From: Stegostoma tigrinum | Taxonomy: Eukaryota | Direction: 5' to 3' | NCBI RefSeq assembly: GCF_030684315.1 | Contig: NC_081396.1 | Location: 4,712,001 to 4,776,000, forward strand | Length of the DNA: 64,000 bases | Part shown: positions 62,771-64,000 of the stretch, piece after piece | Layout: each line of letters starts with the position of its first letter | Numbering within the stretch: position 1 is the stretch's first letter | The notes under the pieces: model-generated | Told to the model about the DNA's origin: nothing | The model's database searches: none | The model's input: only the letters and a program-made list of their open reading frames with translations | Made by a program: the position numbers and the translations under genes

Positions 62771-64000
62771 AAGATGACTTCGTAATATGTGGTGTAAATA
62801 ATATTTGAAAATAAAACATAATGTGTTTGGTACTTTGTTCCAAGATCAGGAATTACCCGTTGACCTTGAGCATTGGGCTACAATTTTATGCGTGTTATGG
62901 GGCTCTTTACCTTCAATCATGGCACCAAAACAGAGATCAAGTGAGAATAAAATTTGATTAACAGAGATAAACTTGATCTCATCGAGCCGACTTTAGACGA
63001 TTTCTGCCATTAATTGATGTGGCAGCACGATAAATTCTGGTGGGAATGCCGGAAATAAAATGAATTATCTAAGCAGTAGAGCGACAATAAGTTAGCCTGG
63101 ATTCAGGATGGATATGTTTAAGCAGTGAGCTGTGGGTGTATGAAAATTACCAGTGCAAATATCACGTGAGTTTGCACCGTAATAGAAACTCTCCCTCTTG
63201 ATTTTTTTTTTGTTCTGTGAAGACATTTAAAATTGCAGTTAGATGAATAAATTGGAACTAGAGCCCATTCATTATCTCAGTGAATAACGCATGGTGGAGG
63301 GAAGGCTTGAGGGGACACGGGTCCTCCTCTATTTCCGCTGTTGAATTCTGTGTCTCGTTTTCAGGTCAACTGCAACTTTGCACAATGAGGAATAATATTT
63401 CATGAGGTACTTTAGAAACGATCTCACACCAATAATGCAACTTATTTTCCATCGTGTTAAACTACATTGAGCAGCATTTCCGTGAAAGTTCACCACTCGT
63501 AAAACATAGGAAAATATCCATAATTACGAAACGAATAAGAGAATGACTACTTTTGATTACAGGTTTACTGAAATTGTTATTTTTCTCCGCACTCACCAAG
63601 ACCAGCAAAATTTACACACATGCCTCATGAAAGTAAAAATGAATTCATTATATTGATTGGAGATTAGTTCAAAAATATCAATAGTTGGCCTTATGTGATG
63701 GAAGAACCGTGAAAGGAAATAACTCCATGAGTTAAATCATGGTACCATTGATTCTTATTTTTCACACACGATTCACTTGTTTCAAAGCTTGTTTGCTTTG
63801 GTAATAATTATACAGGAAATTTTATAGGTAATCAACAATGTTTTCACAAGTCAAAATATATAGACAACACTAAATATCGTTGCAGGAATAGTTGGAAGTT
63901 GACCTCTCAAAAGTGTTTTTCTATGCATTGTGAGTCAATAGACTGAACACTGATGTTTTATTACTCAAGAAGCATTTCTTCATTGATTCTGATTTCTGCT

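Noticed and set aside
62078-64000. Cmu3 or later exons
   Set aside because: No C1-set frame found. The region is a CR1 remnant plus AT-rich intron, so the remaining exons must lie beyond the window if present.

Overview
Repeat-rich vertebrate genomic DNA from a cartilaginous fish. The Ig sequences and the HE1/V-SINE and CR1 repeats point to a shark; an orectolobiform (nurse/bamboo/whale-shark-like) species is my inference. The only real gene I can support is one unrearranged IgM heavy-chain cluster (minilocus) on the + strand: promoter (~45.45-45.56 kb), leader exon (45644-45692), VH (45820-46124), D1 (46539-46552), D2 (46947-46959), JH (47352-47399), an ~11.3 kb J-C intron, Cmu1 (58733-59029) and Cmu2 (61763-62077). 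Cmu3, Cmu4, secretory tail and TM exons are not in the window. All six RSSs (23 / 12-D1-22 / 12-D2-12 / 23) and all splice phases are compatible with a functional locus. The first ~44 kb is mostly decayed CR1 and L2/CR1-like LINEs, SINEs and Penelope-derived elements, and includes an old tandem duplication (~12.7-22.9 kb vs ~24.6-32.5 kb). The most interesting unannotated signals are in the J-C intron: (i) a TSD-flanked Penelope-derived fold-back element with three tandem sense-strand hammerhead-ribozyme motifs plus one antisense copy (48971-49320); (ii) a compact cluster of B-cell enhancer motifs (EICE, muE5, muE3/YY1, octamer, NF-kB; 50871-51237), a candidate shark E-mu; (iii) a second copy of the Penelope element in inverted orientation, so that the two copies bracket the candidate enhancer. 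There are three assembly gaps. Repeat boundaries were read by eye and are approximate.
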